DNA of 64,000 bases from a virus, in the IMG/VR virus record IMGVR_UViG_3300008259_000347, positions 1 through 64,000 of that record. The stretch is one strand, 5' to 3'. A program made the position numbers and the translations under genes. Of the stretch, positions 47,283 through 57,561 are shown piece by piece (position 1 is the first letter of the stretch; the number at the start of each line of letters is the position of its first letter). Below the pieces are notes generated by a model. It saw only the letters and a program-made list of their open reading frames with translations, searched no databases and was not told where the DNA came from.

Positions 47283-48755
47283 ATGCCATACAGCATTGAT
47301 AGATATAATGGTACAACACTAACAGTTATAGAAGATGGTACAATCGATACCACACTGGATATTAAACTTATTGGTAAAAACTATGCTGGTTACGGCGAAG
47401 TTCAAAATGAGAATTTTTTACACATTCTCGAAAGCTTTTCAGGAACAGCCGCTCCACCAAAGCCAATAAGCGGGCAAATTTGGTACGATAGTGGGCTTAA
47501 AAAGCTAAAATTTTATGACGCTACTAAATGGAGAACAACAGGTGGAGCCGAAGTAGCTCCTGCTGCTCCTACAGGACTGACCACAGGCGATTTTTGGTGG
47601 GACAGCTCCAATGATCAATTATACGCTAATAAGAATGGTACTGAATTTGTTCTTATTGGACCACAAGGTGTAGCAGGTTTTGGAACTACTGCTATGCGTT
47701 CCAGAGCTATCAGAGATGTAGGAAATGTTAACCATGCGGTGATTGAAGCTATTTCCGATGGTGATGTTGTTTTTGTAATTAATTCCGACTCTGAATTTGA
47801 CTTAGATACTGTTTTCCATACTGATTTAGCAGCACTAGGATTCACAAAAATTAAAACTGGTGTTACTATGGCCAATACTGGCACATCTGGAGTAACATCA
47901 AGTGCTCATAGATTCTGGGGAACTGCTAGTAACAGTATTAAATTAAATGGTTTCTCTGATACTGAATTTGTAAAAGCAGCATCTGCGCAATTTACAGCAG
48001 TGGCCAAGTTTGTAGATCCTGGTCTTACTGTTGGTGCTAGTGACGATTTAGGAATTTTTATAGACGTCGATGGCGTTACACCAATTATTAAAAATAACCT
48101 AGCAGATACAATAAAATTTCAAACTACTAGTGCTGGTACTAAAACTCCATTGACTCTAGTAGGCAATGATATTTTACCAGGATCTAATATCCAATCAAAT
48201 ATTGGATCTACTACTTTAAAATATAACACTGTTCATGCTTTGACTTTTGACGGAGTTGCTACACAAGCAAATACATTAAATGTTGGAGGAACATATCGTT
48301 CATCTTCTACAGCGGCTAGTGTAAACACTATCGCAGCTAGAGATAATGCTGGAGATATATATGCTGTTCTTTTCCAAGGTACAGCTACAAGAGCAAGATT
48401 CGCTGACTTAGCAGAAAAATATCTTGCTGATGCCGAGTATGATGTGGGTACTGTAGTTGTAATAGGTGGAGAGAAAGAAGTAACAGCTTGCTCTCCAGGA
48501 CAATTAGCGATTGGAGCAGTTAGTGCGAATCCAGCTCACTTGATGAACAGCGAATTACAAGGCGGTACAGCAATTGCACTAAAGGGTCGTGTACCAGTTA
48601 AAGTTAATGGATCTGTAATTAAAGGACAAAAATTAGTTGCTGGTCCAAACGGATCTGCACAAGCAGCTTTTGGAAACAATGTCGATGTATTTGCTGTGGC
48701 ATTAGAAACAAATGAAGATGTTGGTGTAAAATTAGTAGAATGCCTAGTGCTGTAA
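47283..48755 (+). CDS. Tail fibre with C-terminal intramolecular-chaperone (peptidase G2/S74-like) domain
   Basis: Same N-terminal module; ADLAEKY...GAVSANPA...IALKGRVPVKV at the C-terminus. Confidence 0.75.
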   Translation: MPYSIDRYNGTTLTVIEDGTIDTTLDIKLIGKNYAGYGEVQNENFLHILESFSGTAAPPKPISGQIWYDSGLKKLKFYDATKWRTTGGAEVAPAAPTGLTTGDFWWDSSNDQLYANKNGTEFVLIGPQGVAGFGTTAMRSRAIRDVGNVNHAVIEAISDGDVVFVINSDSEFDLDTVFHTDLAALGFTKIKTGVTMANTGTSGVTSSAHRFWGTASNSIKLNGFSDTEFVKAASAQFTAVAKFVDPGLTVGASDDLGIFIDVDGVTPIIKNNLADTIKFQTTSAGTKTPLTLVGNDILPGSNIQSNIGSTTLKYNTVHALTFDGVATQANTLNVGGTYRSSSTAASVNTIAARDNAGDIYAVLFQGTATRARFADLAEKYLADAEYDVGTVVVIGGEKEVTACSPGQLAIGAVSANPAHLMNSELQGGTAIALKGRVPVKVNGSVIKGQKLVAGPNGSAQAAFGNNVDVFAVALETNEDVGVKLVECLVL

Positions 48756-48764
48756 CGGAAAATT

Positions 48765-49670
48765 ATGTCAACACCAATTACCGCATCCACTTATAACAAC
48801 TTACGTGATAGATTAAACTTAGTCATGGGTTTAGGATCTACCGGGTACGGGCAAACTTTATTAAGTTCTGCTGTGCAATCTGGTGAAACTTTTACCTTGG
48901 CTATGTGGAATAATCTAAGAACAGATTTGTTAAAAACAAGACAACACCAAACTGGTGTAAGTGAAGCTGGTAATTTAGCCACAGTTACAACTTCTACAGA
49001 CATTTCTACAGCATTAGTTACTCAGTATGATGCGTTTACTACACTAATTACTACAAATCAGCGTTTAATTGCTAATAACCAAGGCACAGTCGAAAGCTTA
49101 GTAAGTGGTGTTAGAACGTTAGCATGGAATGGAGTTCTTACTCATACAGTTACAGTGACCTTTGCTAACACATTACAAGCAAGATATTTTTTTAATGCCG
49201 GCGGTCAAATAAGATTCGCTGCTTCAAGAGCCGGCGCTGCTGCCACAACTAAAGACACTGACTGGACTAACATATTAAGTAGTATGGGAACTCTGTATAT
49301 GAATTACAATACCACTGGCTTTTTAGCTGGCGGCAGTGGAACAGGCAGTGCTAGAGGTTTTTATAATCTTACTACGTCTTATCAAACTCTGTATGTCAAA
49401 GGCTCAAGTGTGTATGCCTACACAGAAAATGACTATAACATAGCAGCAAGAGTAGATAATGCCACTAATCCAAGTATTGTAACATTTAAGATTGAATTTA
49501 GGGACGACGATTTAGGCAACAGGCCAATTCCAGCTCCACCACCTCCATACGGACCAAAAATAGATGAAACAGTAACAGGAACTTTAACCAGTACTGTGTC
49601 TATGTTTAGACCTTCGGGTGCTAATGTTTCTGTAACAGGACCAGCTGCTACACAAACCACAATAACTTAA
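48765..49670 (+). CDS. Virion structural protein (paralogue 1)
   Basis: GYGQ, WNNLRTDLLKTRQHQTG and ARYFFNAGGQIR; Thr-rich. Confidence 0.6.
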   Translation: MSTPITASTYNNLRDRLNLVMGLGSTGYGQTLLSSAVQSGETFTLAMWNNLRTDLLKTRQHQTGVSEAGNLATVTTSTDISTALVTQYDAFTTLITTNQRLIANNQGTVESLVSGVRTLAWNGVLTHTVTVTFANTLQARYFFNAGGQIRFAASRAGAAATTKDTDWTNILSSMGTLYMNYNTTGFLAGGSGTGSARGFYNLTTSYQTLYVKGSSVYAYTENDYNIAARVDNATNPSIVTFKIEFRDDDLGNRPIPAPPPPYGPKIDETVTGTLTSTVSMFRPSGANVSVTGPAATQTTIT

Positions 49671-49679
49671 GGATTTGTA

Positions 49680-50546
49680 ATGACTATAGCTACTGGTCAA
49701 AAAATCCAAGCCAGCGATTATAATGTAATTTATAATAAAATAGATGCTGTCATGGGTGTTAATAACGATGGATATGGGCAAGTAGTGTCTAGTAGCTCTC
49801 AGTCTTTAAATGCAGATATTTCTCTTGCTGTTTGGAATAATTTACGAAACGATTTAATCAAATCAAGATATCATCAAACTGGTGTAGATCCTTCAGGAAG
49901 TCTTACAGCAGTAACATCTGCTGATAAAATTTCTTTCACAGTTTGGAACCAAGCTAACGCATTGGCTGATGTTATTACAACTAATAAAAGAGCAGTGGCC
50001 AGCAATCAAGGTAGTATAGAAACTATTACAGGTGGTAATTCAACTATCTCTAATTGGAATGTTAGCATTTCTCATACAGTTACAATTGATTTTGGTTCAA
50101 ATACTGCTGCTAGATATTTTTTTAATGCCGGAGGCGATATAAGAATACGTGCTTATAGATCAGGTACTGCGGCTAATAATAAAGATTCTGCGTGGACGTC
50201 TATGTTAGGCGATAATGCTACAATTAAAGGCCAAGGCACTATCTACATGAATTATACACTTACAGACACAGTAGATGGTAGTTATTATTATCAAATTCAA
50301 GCTAGAGTAAACACCGCATCGAACCCTTCGCAAGTGATTATCACTGTTAATTTTGTCGATGCCGATACTGGTGGTCCTGCTCTTCCTCCTGCTCCAGGAT
50401 CAAGTCCTGGTCAACCACCTGGACCAACAATCGACGATGTGGTTACAGGCACGACCGGTAGCGTTGTAACTGTATTTAGACCGTCTGGCTCTAACGTTTC
50501 TGTAGCATCACCTTCTGGATCTTCCGTCGGTCTGTCTGGTTCATAA
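49680..50546 (+). CDS. Virion structural protein (paralogue 2)
   Basis: GYGQ, WNNLRNDLIKSRYHQTG and ARYFFNAGGDIR; clear paralogue of the previous ORF. Confidence 0.6.
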   Translation: MTIATGQKIQASDYNVIYNKIDAVMGVNNDGYGQVVSSSSQSLNADISLAVWNNLRNDLIKSRYHQTGVDPSGSLTAVTSADKISFTVWNQANALADVITTNKRAVASNQGSIETITGGNSTISNWNVSISHTVTIDFGSNTAARYFFNAGGDIRIRAYRSGTAANNKDSAWTSMLGDNATIKGQGTIYMNYTLTDTVDGSYYYQIQARVNTASNPSQVIITVNFVDADTGGPALPPAPGSSPGQPPGPTIDDVVTGTTGSVVTVFRPSGSNVSVASPSGSSVGLSGS

Positions 50547-50601
50547 ATCGCTCTACTAAACTAAAAAACGTATAATTATAATATACTGTTATAATTACGG
50601 A

Positions 50602-50958
50602 GTGTCTGTGAATCAAAATATTGAAAAAGCTTTTGAAATAAGCAATCTTATGGCCACAGTGGCTAACCAAAAACGTGTACTAAAAGAAGAATACGAGCAG
50701 TCTCTTATGTATTTTGAGAATGGAGGCTCTTTTCGAGCAGATCACACTACCATATCCTACATCAAAACTTTAAAAGAATTAACAAATGAAAAACGTTTGG
50801 TAATAATTGATGCTAATTTCACACCAATTGAAATTTTAGATATTGATAAATTTTTAGCTTCTTTATTAGACAAGCACTTTCAAGCGATTAATGCTTATTT
50901 TTCTAAATTCAATGTTTTGAAAAAAAGTAGAAATATTAAAAATATATTAGATTTATGA
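50602..50958 (+). CDS. Hypothetical protein
   Basis: 118 aa; GTG start (possibly 50608, after GGAG); ATGA-coupled to the next gene. Confidence 0.55.
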   Translation: MSVNQNIEKAFEISNLMATVANQKRVLKEEYEQSLMYFENGGSFRADHTTISYIKTLKELTNEKRLVIIDANFTPIEILDIDKFLASLLDKHFQAINAYFSKFNVLKKSRNIKNILDL

Positions 50959-51788
50959 ATAAAGGCATATTGCTCTACGCACTAAATTCAGAAATGGATT
51001 ATGTTAAGTTAGCCGTAAAGTTAACTGAGCGCATTAAGCATTATTTAAATTTGCCAGTCACTATCATAACTGACAGTGAAGATTATCTACGTAAAAATTA
51101 TAATATAGAATTATTTGATAGTATTATCAAAAGAAAAGACACGACAGATCAAACAAAAAAATTCAGTGACGGGCATGGATTTTCTGAAAGGTATGTTTGG
51201 AAAAATTCTAATAGAGCTAGTGCATTTGAAATTACACCCTACGAACAGACACTAGTGCTAGATGTGGATTATGTTATAAATTCTGATTTTTTACTTAGTG
51301 TATTCAATCAAAATAAAGAATTTTTATGTTTTAGAAAATCATGTGATCTAGCAGGATGGCGAAATACAGCAGAATTTGAATATCTAAATCAGTACTCTAT
51401 TCCATTTTATTGGGCCACAGTGTTTTATTTTACTAAAACAAAATCAAATGAGATATTTTTTAACTTAGTAGAATACATTAGAGATCATTGGGAATACTAT
51501 AGATTAATATATCAAATTAACGATAAAAAATTTAGAAATGATTACGCATTTAGCATCGCTATTCACATACTCAACGGAACTGATGTTGATTTATTTGATA
51601 GTACAATAGCAGGAAAAATGTTTTATACTTTGGATAAAGACGTTTTATTAAAAATTAATAAAAGTTCTATGACATTTCTTGTGGAAAAAGAAAAAGTTTT
51701 AGGGGAGTTTACTGGCCTAAGAACTACAGATTTAGATGTACATGTAATGAATAAATTTAGTTTATTAAGGGCATACGATGAGCAATAG
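50955..51788 (+). CDS. GT-A fold glycosyltransferase-like protein (GT8-like)
   Basis: TPYEQTLVLDVDY (DxD), WATVFYF and RNDYAFSIA. Confidence 0.65.
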   Translation: MNKGILLYALNSEMDYVKLAVKLTERIKHYLNLPVTIITDSEDYLRKNYNIELFDSIIKRKDTTDQTKKFSDGHGFSERYVWKNSNRASAFEITPYEQTLVLDVDYVINSDFLLSVFNQNKEFLCFRKSCDLAGWRNTAEFEYLNQYSIPFYWATVFYFTKTKSNEIFFNLVEYIRDHWEYYRLIYQINDKKFRNDYAFSIAIHILNGTDVDLFDSTIAGKMFYTLDKDVLLKINKSSMTFLVEKEKVLGEFTGLRTTDLDVHVMNKFSLLRAYDEQ

Positions 51789-52611
51789 AGGTCATTTATT
51801 TTTTGCTCAAAACACAGGTACAGATTATGTTACTCAGGCCTATGCTGCTGCGCTGACTATAAAAAAATTTAATAGATATAATAAAACATGCTTGGTCACA
51901 AACGACGTGGTTCCGTTAAAGTATCTAAAAGCTTTTGACAGAATAGAAACAGTTCCTTGGACTGACGATGCTGTTAATAGTGATTGGAAAATTGAAAATC
52001 GTTGGAAATTAATCCATGTCAGCCCGTTTGATGAAACATTGGTTTATGATAGCGATATGCTATTATTGTCCTCGAACGATCATTGGTGGAATTATTTAGA
52101 AAACAAAAGTGTAGCATTAACTAGCAAAGTTAAAACTTATAAAAATTCTCCTGTTTTTGATTATGTTTATAGAAAAACTTTCGTAGATAATAATCTACCT
52201 AACGTTTATTTTGGATTACATTATTTTAAGAAAGATAAACAATCTCTTGAATTTTATAAATGGTTAGAAATTATTGTTAAAAATTGGAGAAAGTATTACA
52301 ACGAATACACAATAAACAATACTCAAAAATTTTGTAGTATGGATGTAAGTTCAGCTATAGCAACACTGTTAATGGATTCAGAAGATGAGTTTTCAAAATT
52401 TAATCCTTTGTCATTTACTCATATGAAACCAGCTATACAAGGATGGTATCCGTCGCCAGCGACATGGCAGTCGGCAGTTAGTGTTCAATTTAATGAACAA
52501 CTGGAACTCAGAATAAACAATATACTACAACAAGGTGTCTTTCATTACACAGAAGATAATTTTTTAACAGATAATTTATTAAAGAAAATAGAGGTTAGTT
52601 GTGGGATTTAA
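51778..52611 (+). CDS. GT-A fold glycosyltransferase-like protein (GT8-like), paralogue
   Basis: SPFDETLVYDSDML (DxD), FTHMKP and FHY. Confidence 0.65.
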   Translation: MSNRGHLFFAQNTGTDYVTQAYAAALTIKKFNRYNKTCLVTNDVVPLKYLKAFDRIETVPWTDDAVNSDWKIENRWKLIHVSPFDETLVYDSDMLLLSSNDHWWNYLENKSVALTSKVKTYKNSPVFDYVYRKTFVDNNLPNVYFGLHYFKKDKQSLEFYKWLEIIVKNWRKYYNEYTINNTQKFCSMDVSSAIATLLMDSEDEFSKFNPLSFTHMKPAIQGWYPSPATWQSAVSVQFNEQLELRINNILQQGVFHYTEDNFLTDNLLKKIEVSCGI

Positions 52612-53104
52612 ATTTTTTGTTTATTACGATGACGACGGCAATATAACTGCTATCACTAATGAAAAGAGACCCTCTGGCAATTTTTTAGAAACAGACGAAT
52701 CTGAAATTTTGGACTTTTTAAATGGATCAAAAGATTTTACTAAATTTAAAATCACTAGTTTATCCTCCGGCACAAAGCAGATAAAATTAGCAACAGAATC
52801 GACTTCATTAATTTATAAAGATTTTTACATAGTAGGAAAAGCAAATGATACAGAGCAAGTTTTAATTTTTCATGATGTGTTTAATTCTTGTTGGAATATC
52901 TCGTTAGACAGTCAAGCAAAACAAGTAGAATTCAGCCTGTATATTTGTAAGAAAGAAAATTTAAATTTTTTAATTAGAGAAATAAAAGTACCAGCTAGAA
53001 AAAATGTATCAATTCCATTTGATCTAGATACAGAAAAAAATATTTCAAATTTAATGATATTAGTTAAAAAAATTCATCAATCATACGGAATAAAATATGT
53101 CTAA
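52601..53104 (+). CDS. Hypothetical protein
   Basis: 167-aa ORF overlapping both neighbours. Confidence 0.55.
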   Translation: MGFKFFVYYDDDGNITAITNEKRPSGNFLETDESEILDFLNGSKDFTKFKITSLSSGTKQIKLATESTSLIYKDFYIVGKANDTEQVLIFHDVFNSCWNISLDSQAKQVEFSLYICKKENLNFLIREIKVPARKNVSIPFDLDTEKNISNLMILVKKIHQSYGIKYV

Positions 53105-54014
53105 AATTAAAGTTGCTGAGTGCGATGTTGTATATCTAAGTTACGACGAGCCTAACGCTGAACAAAATTATGCGGATCTACTGACTAAAATTCCTTGGGC
53201 TAAACGTATTCATGGAGTGGACGGCAGTGACAGCGCACACAAAGCCTGCGCACGGATAGCAGAAACAGAAAGAGTAGTGATTATCGACGGTGATAATATT
53301 GTCAGACCTGAATTAATTCAACAAGAAGTAGAATTTTACAACGACTCTGATATGAATTGTGTAATCAGCTGGGGAGCAAGAAATGTTATCAATGGTCTGA
53401 TTTACGGAAACGGTGGTGTTAAATGTTGGCCAACAGAATTGATATTAAACATGCGAACACATGAAAATGCCGAATCAGATAATGCTAAAACACAAGTAGA
53501 CTTTTGTTGGGACATTAATTATGTACAAATGGATAAGTGTATGAGTGATGTTTACAATAATGGCAGTGCTCAACAAGCATGGAGAGCAGGGTTTAGGGAA
53601 GGTGTTAAAATGAGTTTGTTAGAAGGATCCAAACCTACAAAAGATAAACTTTTTAATAAACAAGTTCATTGGAAAAATTTACATCGACTATTAATATGGA
53701 TGCACGTAGGCATGGATATCCAAAATGGCGACTGGGCAATTTACGGAGCCCGACAAGGCTGCTATATGACTAATTGTACTGACTGGGATTATCTAAATGT
53801 TAGAGACTTCAAATGGCTGAACACTTTCTGGGAAGAAAAAGAAAGTAAAATATCTACTGATATGTTGAAGTATGAAATAATGGGGATAGGCGAAACATTA
53901 GAACATGAATTAGGTATTAGTATTGATTTGCCATTTAATAACAATCAAAGTATCTTATTTAAAACACTGTATACAAATCCTCCAAGAATGAAAAATAATA
54001 CGGTGATTTCATAA
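53097..54014 (+). CDS. GT-A fold glycosyltransferase-like protein
   Basis: DVVYLSYDEPNA, IIDGDN, YGNGGVK and AWRAGFREGVK. Confidence 0.6.
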   Translation: MSKIKVAECDVVYLSYDEPNAEQNYADLLTKIPWAKRIHGVDGSDSAHKACARIAETERVVIIDGDNIVRPELIQQEVEFYNDSDMNCVISWGARNVINGLIYGNGGVKCWPTELILNMRTHENAESDNAKTQVDFCWDINYVQMDKCMSDVYNNGSAQQAWRAGFREGVKMSLLEGSKPTKDKLFNKQVHWKNLHRLLIWMHVGMDIQNGDWAIYGARQGCYMTNCTDWDYLNVRDFKWLNTFWEEKESKISTDMLKYEIMGIGETLEHELGISIDLPFNNNQSILFKTLYTNPPRMKNNTVIS

Positions 54015-54700
54015 TGTACGATATTGTTTTTATAAGTTATAATGAACTAAATGCTGAAAAAAACTGGCAAAATTTAACTGCTAGATTTTCTTGGGCCAAG
54101 CGTGTGTCAGGAGTTACTGGCATTCACAGAGCACACATAGCTGCTGCCAGCAAATGTTTTACAAATATGTTTTGGGTAGTAGACGGTGATGCTGAAATAT
54201 TAGAAACATTTGATTTTAGTTATACTACAAAAGAAACAAAATTTGTTCACGTATGGCGCAGTCTTAATCCTATCAATGATTTAGAATACGGTTTTGGAGG
54301 AGTTAAGCTGTTACCGAGATTAGCTACGCTGAATATGGACACATCTAAACCGGATATGACAACTAGTATAAGTCCTCACTTTAAACCTATGCCCGAAGTC
54401 AGCAATGTTACAGCATTTAATACGGATCCTTTCAGTACTTGGCGTAGTGCCTTTAGGGAATGTTCTAAGTTATCCAGTAAGGTTATAGATAGACAAAAAA
54501 ATGATGAAACAGAAAATCGTTTATTAACTTGGAAAATAAAAGGAGCAGATCGTCCATTCGGAGAATATGCATTGAAAGGTGCTGCTGATGGAGAGCAGTT
54601 CGGAGTGTTGAACAAGGGCAATATAGAGGAACTAAAGAAAATTAATGATTTTGCTTGGTTAAGAGAACAATTTGAAAGGAGTTACAATGGAAGAAGTTGA
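54014..54700 (+). CDS. GT-A fold glycosyltransferase-like protein, paralogue
   Basis: DIVFISYNE, VVDGDA, YGFGGVK and TWRSAFRECSK. Confidence 0.6.
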   Translation: MYDIVFISYNELNAEKNWQNLTARFSWAKRVSGVTGIHRAHIAAASKCFTNMFWVVDGDAEILETFDFSYTTKETKFVHVWRSLNPINDLEYGFGGVKLLPRLATLNMDTSKPDMTTSISPHFKPMPEVSNVTAFNTDPFSTWRSAFRECSKLSSKVIDRQKNDETENRLLTWKIKGADRPFGEYALKGAADGEQFGVLNKGNIEELKKINDFAWLREQFERSYNGRS

Positions 54701-55538
54701 TAAAAGTGCCATATCATGGCTACATGGACTACAAGAATTTTTTAAGTTCCAAGGAGACGAAACGTCCAGTAATTATGTGGATTTTATTTTAAAATTACTG
54801 TATGCTAATAATCCTATGATTACAATTACTGAAGAAGCAGATATTGTTGAATTTATCAGCATGTTAAGAAAATTTACACACAACAGTATTTTTACTGCTT
54901 TCCATAAGTATTATAGGGAAGAACATAATCCAAAATATTTACAAGATGCTTTTAGTCGTGGACAAGTACAAAGTAAAATTTGGCTAGCAGAGGAATTACA
55001 GAAAATACGAGTCGAACATAAAAATGTATTAATTCTAGCAGGCTGGTACGGACAACTATTACAGTATTTTCGAGAATTAAAATTTGGTAAAGTGCGTGTA
55101 GTAGATATGGATAGAGAAGCCTGTTTAATTAGTGACGATATTTTTAATTTAAATTTTATTGAAAATTATAGAGTAAAAGCTATACGTTCTGATATAAATG
55201 ATTTAGTAATACACAAGTCTGGATATGTTCTGAATGTAGAAAACTTTAAAAATCCAGATGCTAAGATTTTCAGCGAAACATTTATGCCTGATCTTATTGT
55301 TAATACGTCTGCTGAACACATGGACGAAAGATGGTATGATGCTATTAGATTTAAAGAATTTGAAAATAAACCTATTGTTGTAATTCAGAGTAATAACTTG
55401 TTTGATGTAGAAGAACACATTAACTGTGTTCATAGTATAGAACATATAAAGAAAAAATATCCTATGAGTGAAATTCTGTACGAGGGAGAATTACAACTTA
55501 GGGGTTACAAACGAGTAATGATCATCGGAAAACCATGA
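54687..55538 (+). CDS. SAM-dependent methyltransferase-like protein
   Basis: VLILAGWYG, VVDMD and DLIVNTSAEH. The start is moved to ATG 54687 (AAGGAG RBS). Confidence 0.6.
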   Translation: MEEVDKSAISWLHGLQEFFKFQGDETSSNYVDFILKLLYANNPMITITEEADIVEFISMLRKFTHNSIFTAFHKYYREEHNPKYLQDAFSRGQVQSKIWLAEELQKIRVEHKNVLILAGWYGQLLQYFRELKFGKVRVVDMDREACLISDDIFNLNFIENYRVKAIRSDINDLVIHKSGYVLNVENFKNPDAKIFSETFMPDLIVNTSAEHMDERWYDAIRFKEFENKPIVVIQSNNLFDVEEHINCVHSIEHIKKKYPMSEILYEGELQLRGYKRVMIIGKP

Positions 55539-55762
55539 TTGATTTAGACCAATACGATTTAAGGACGCTACAAAAAGAGTGTGCTCGTGCGGTTGCTACA
55601 ATGGAAGCAACTAACAATAACATATATAAGTTTAATCAACAAGCACATCATGATAGTCAAAATTGGTATAAAGCAGTGATTGAGTGGTATGTTGAACAAT
55701 ATGGAGATTTGCCAAGTCGTGTTGGTCCAGGTGTAGATATTAAATTTGTGACGGACTACTGA
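55535..55762 (+). CDS. Small hypothetical protein
   Basis: 75 aa, translationally coupled on both sides (ATGA and TGATG). Confidence 0.6.
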   Translation: MIDLDQYDLRTLQKECARAVATMEATNNNIYKFNQQAHHDSQNWYKAVIEWYVEQYGDLPSRVGPGVDIKFVTDY

Positions 55763-56349
55763 TGAAAGAACTTGATTTTTATTCTGAAAATTTTTGGTTT
55801 TCACAAATAGATCAACACGGAGATGTAGACAACTATGGTGAAGATTATTATGCTTATAAGTTTTTCAAAAATGTAATTTTGAATCTAACAGATATTCCTA
55901 ATAATGGGCATATTGTTGTGATGGGAACCCACAACTGTGTAAGTTTTAATTTACTTTGCGAACACTTTGGAAAAGATAGGTGTATAGGATATGATATAGC
56001 AAATCCTACAAATCATCCTTGCGTGAAAGTAAAAAATATTTTGGAAGTAACTGACAATATTCCTATAAGTTTTGTACATAATGATATAGGTAATTACGGT
56101 TTTACTCCTACTGCAAAATTTTATGCTCAACAATGGGCAGCAAATAATGTAGTAGAAGGCGGTTATTTTTTGGGTAGAAATAATTTGAATAGAGCAAAAC
56201 TACCTATTGAGCAGTATATGGAAAGATTAGGTTTTCTTAATACAAATATGTTAGCATTAACAGGCGTTTTTAATTTATCTAATATTGCTTACAGAGAATT
56301 AGAAGGACATATGATATCAAAAAAAGTAGGCATAAGACATTATGTATAG
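55762..56349 (+). CDS. Methyltransferase-fold-like hypothetical protein
   Basis: IVVMGT...CIGYDI...FVHND...VEGGYF spacing resembles a Rossmann methyltransferase. Confidence 0.4.
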   Translation: MKELDFYSENFWFSQIDQHGDVDNYGEDYYAYKFFKNVILNLTDIPNNGHIVVMGTHNCVSFNLLCEHFGKDRCIGYDIANPTNHPCVKVKNILEVTDNIPISFVHNDIGNYGFTPTAKFYAQQWAANNVVEGGYFLGRNNLNRAKLPIEQYMERLGFLNTNMLALTGVFNLSNIAYRELEGHMISKKVGIRHYV

Positions 56350-57561
56350 ATATAATGAAATACAAACTGTTCATTTAGAAATGACAGATAACTGTAATGC
56401 TGCCTGTCCTATGTGCGCAAGAAACATCAATGGTGGAGAAGATAATCCGCAGTTACCAGGTACTGAACTAAGTTTAGAGGATTGTAAAACTATATTTGAT
56501 CCTAATTTTATAGCACAATTGAAACGTATGTATATGTGTGGAAATTATGGAGATCCTATTGCTGCTCGAGATACTCTAGAAGTTTTTGATTATTTTAGAC
56601 AACATAATTCTAAAATGAGTCTTAACATGTATACTAACGGTAGTGCTAAAAAACCAGATTGGTGGAAAAATTTAGCAAAGGTTTTAGGAAAAAATAGTTA
56701 TGTAGTTTTTAGCATAGACGGGTTAGAAGACACAAATCATTTGTATAGACAAAATACTGTATGGTCCAAGATAATGGAAAATGCTCAAGCATTTATCAAA
56801 ATACTGTATGGTCCAAGATAATGGAAAATGCTCAAGCATTTATTGATGCCGGCGGCAATGCTCGATGGGATTATATCGTATTCGCACATAACGAACATCA
56901 GGTAGAACAAGCAGAAGAATTAAGTAAAATCATGGGGTTTGAAAGATTTCAATATAAAAAAAGTGCGAGATTTTTCAGTAACGCTAGTGGAACTACCAAA
57001 GAAATACACCAAGCAGCCAATCGCAAAGGCATGGCTACTACGCTATTACAGTCTCCAACAAATACAAAATACAGAAATAATAGTTTACAAGAATTGAGTA
57101 AAATAGCCAGCGATGTAACCAGCGAAATAAATTTTTTGCCCAGTACTGCTAAAGATGCGTTAGAAATTCAAGGTAGACAAATGTTTAGTTTTGATCCTAA
57201 GAAAAAGAAAGAGATGGAAAAATATTGGGATTCGGTTGAAATTAAATGTAAAGTAGCAGAGGAAAAGTCTGTTTATATCAGTGCAGAGGGCATAGTTCAG
57301 CCGTGTTGTTGGACAGCTGGACAGATGTATGTGTGGTATTGGAAACCATTAGGCGGTCAAATTTGGCAAGCAATTAATGAAGTTGGTAAAGATAATCTTA
57401 ATGCTAAAAATTATAGATTAGAAGAAATAATTGATGGAAGATACTTTCAGGAAGTTGTACCTGAAAGTTGGAATAAATCAAGTTGTGCTGATGGTAAATT
57501 AGCTATCTGCGCTAAAACGTGTGGTGCTAAATATGATGCCTTCGGTGATCAATTCAAATGA
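56342..57561 (+). CDS. Radical SAM protein, split by a 47-nt tandem duplication
   Basis: CNAACPMC, CGNYGDP and FSIDG; C-terminal C...PCCW...CAKTC. Removing one repeat copy restores a single frame. Confidence 0.9.
56750..56843 (+). repeat. Exact 47-nt tandem duplication causing a frameshift
   Basis: caaaatactgtatggtccaagataatggaaaatgctcaagcatttat starts at both 56750 and 56797. Confidence 0.95.

Noticed and set aside
41863-56843. The two exact duplications as a CRISPR array or DGR template/variable repeats
   Set aside because: Each has only two adjacent identical copies, with no spacers, no adenine-specific mismatches and no cas or RT gene.
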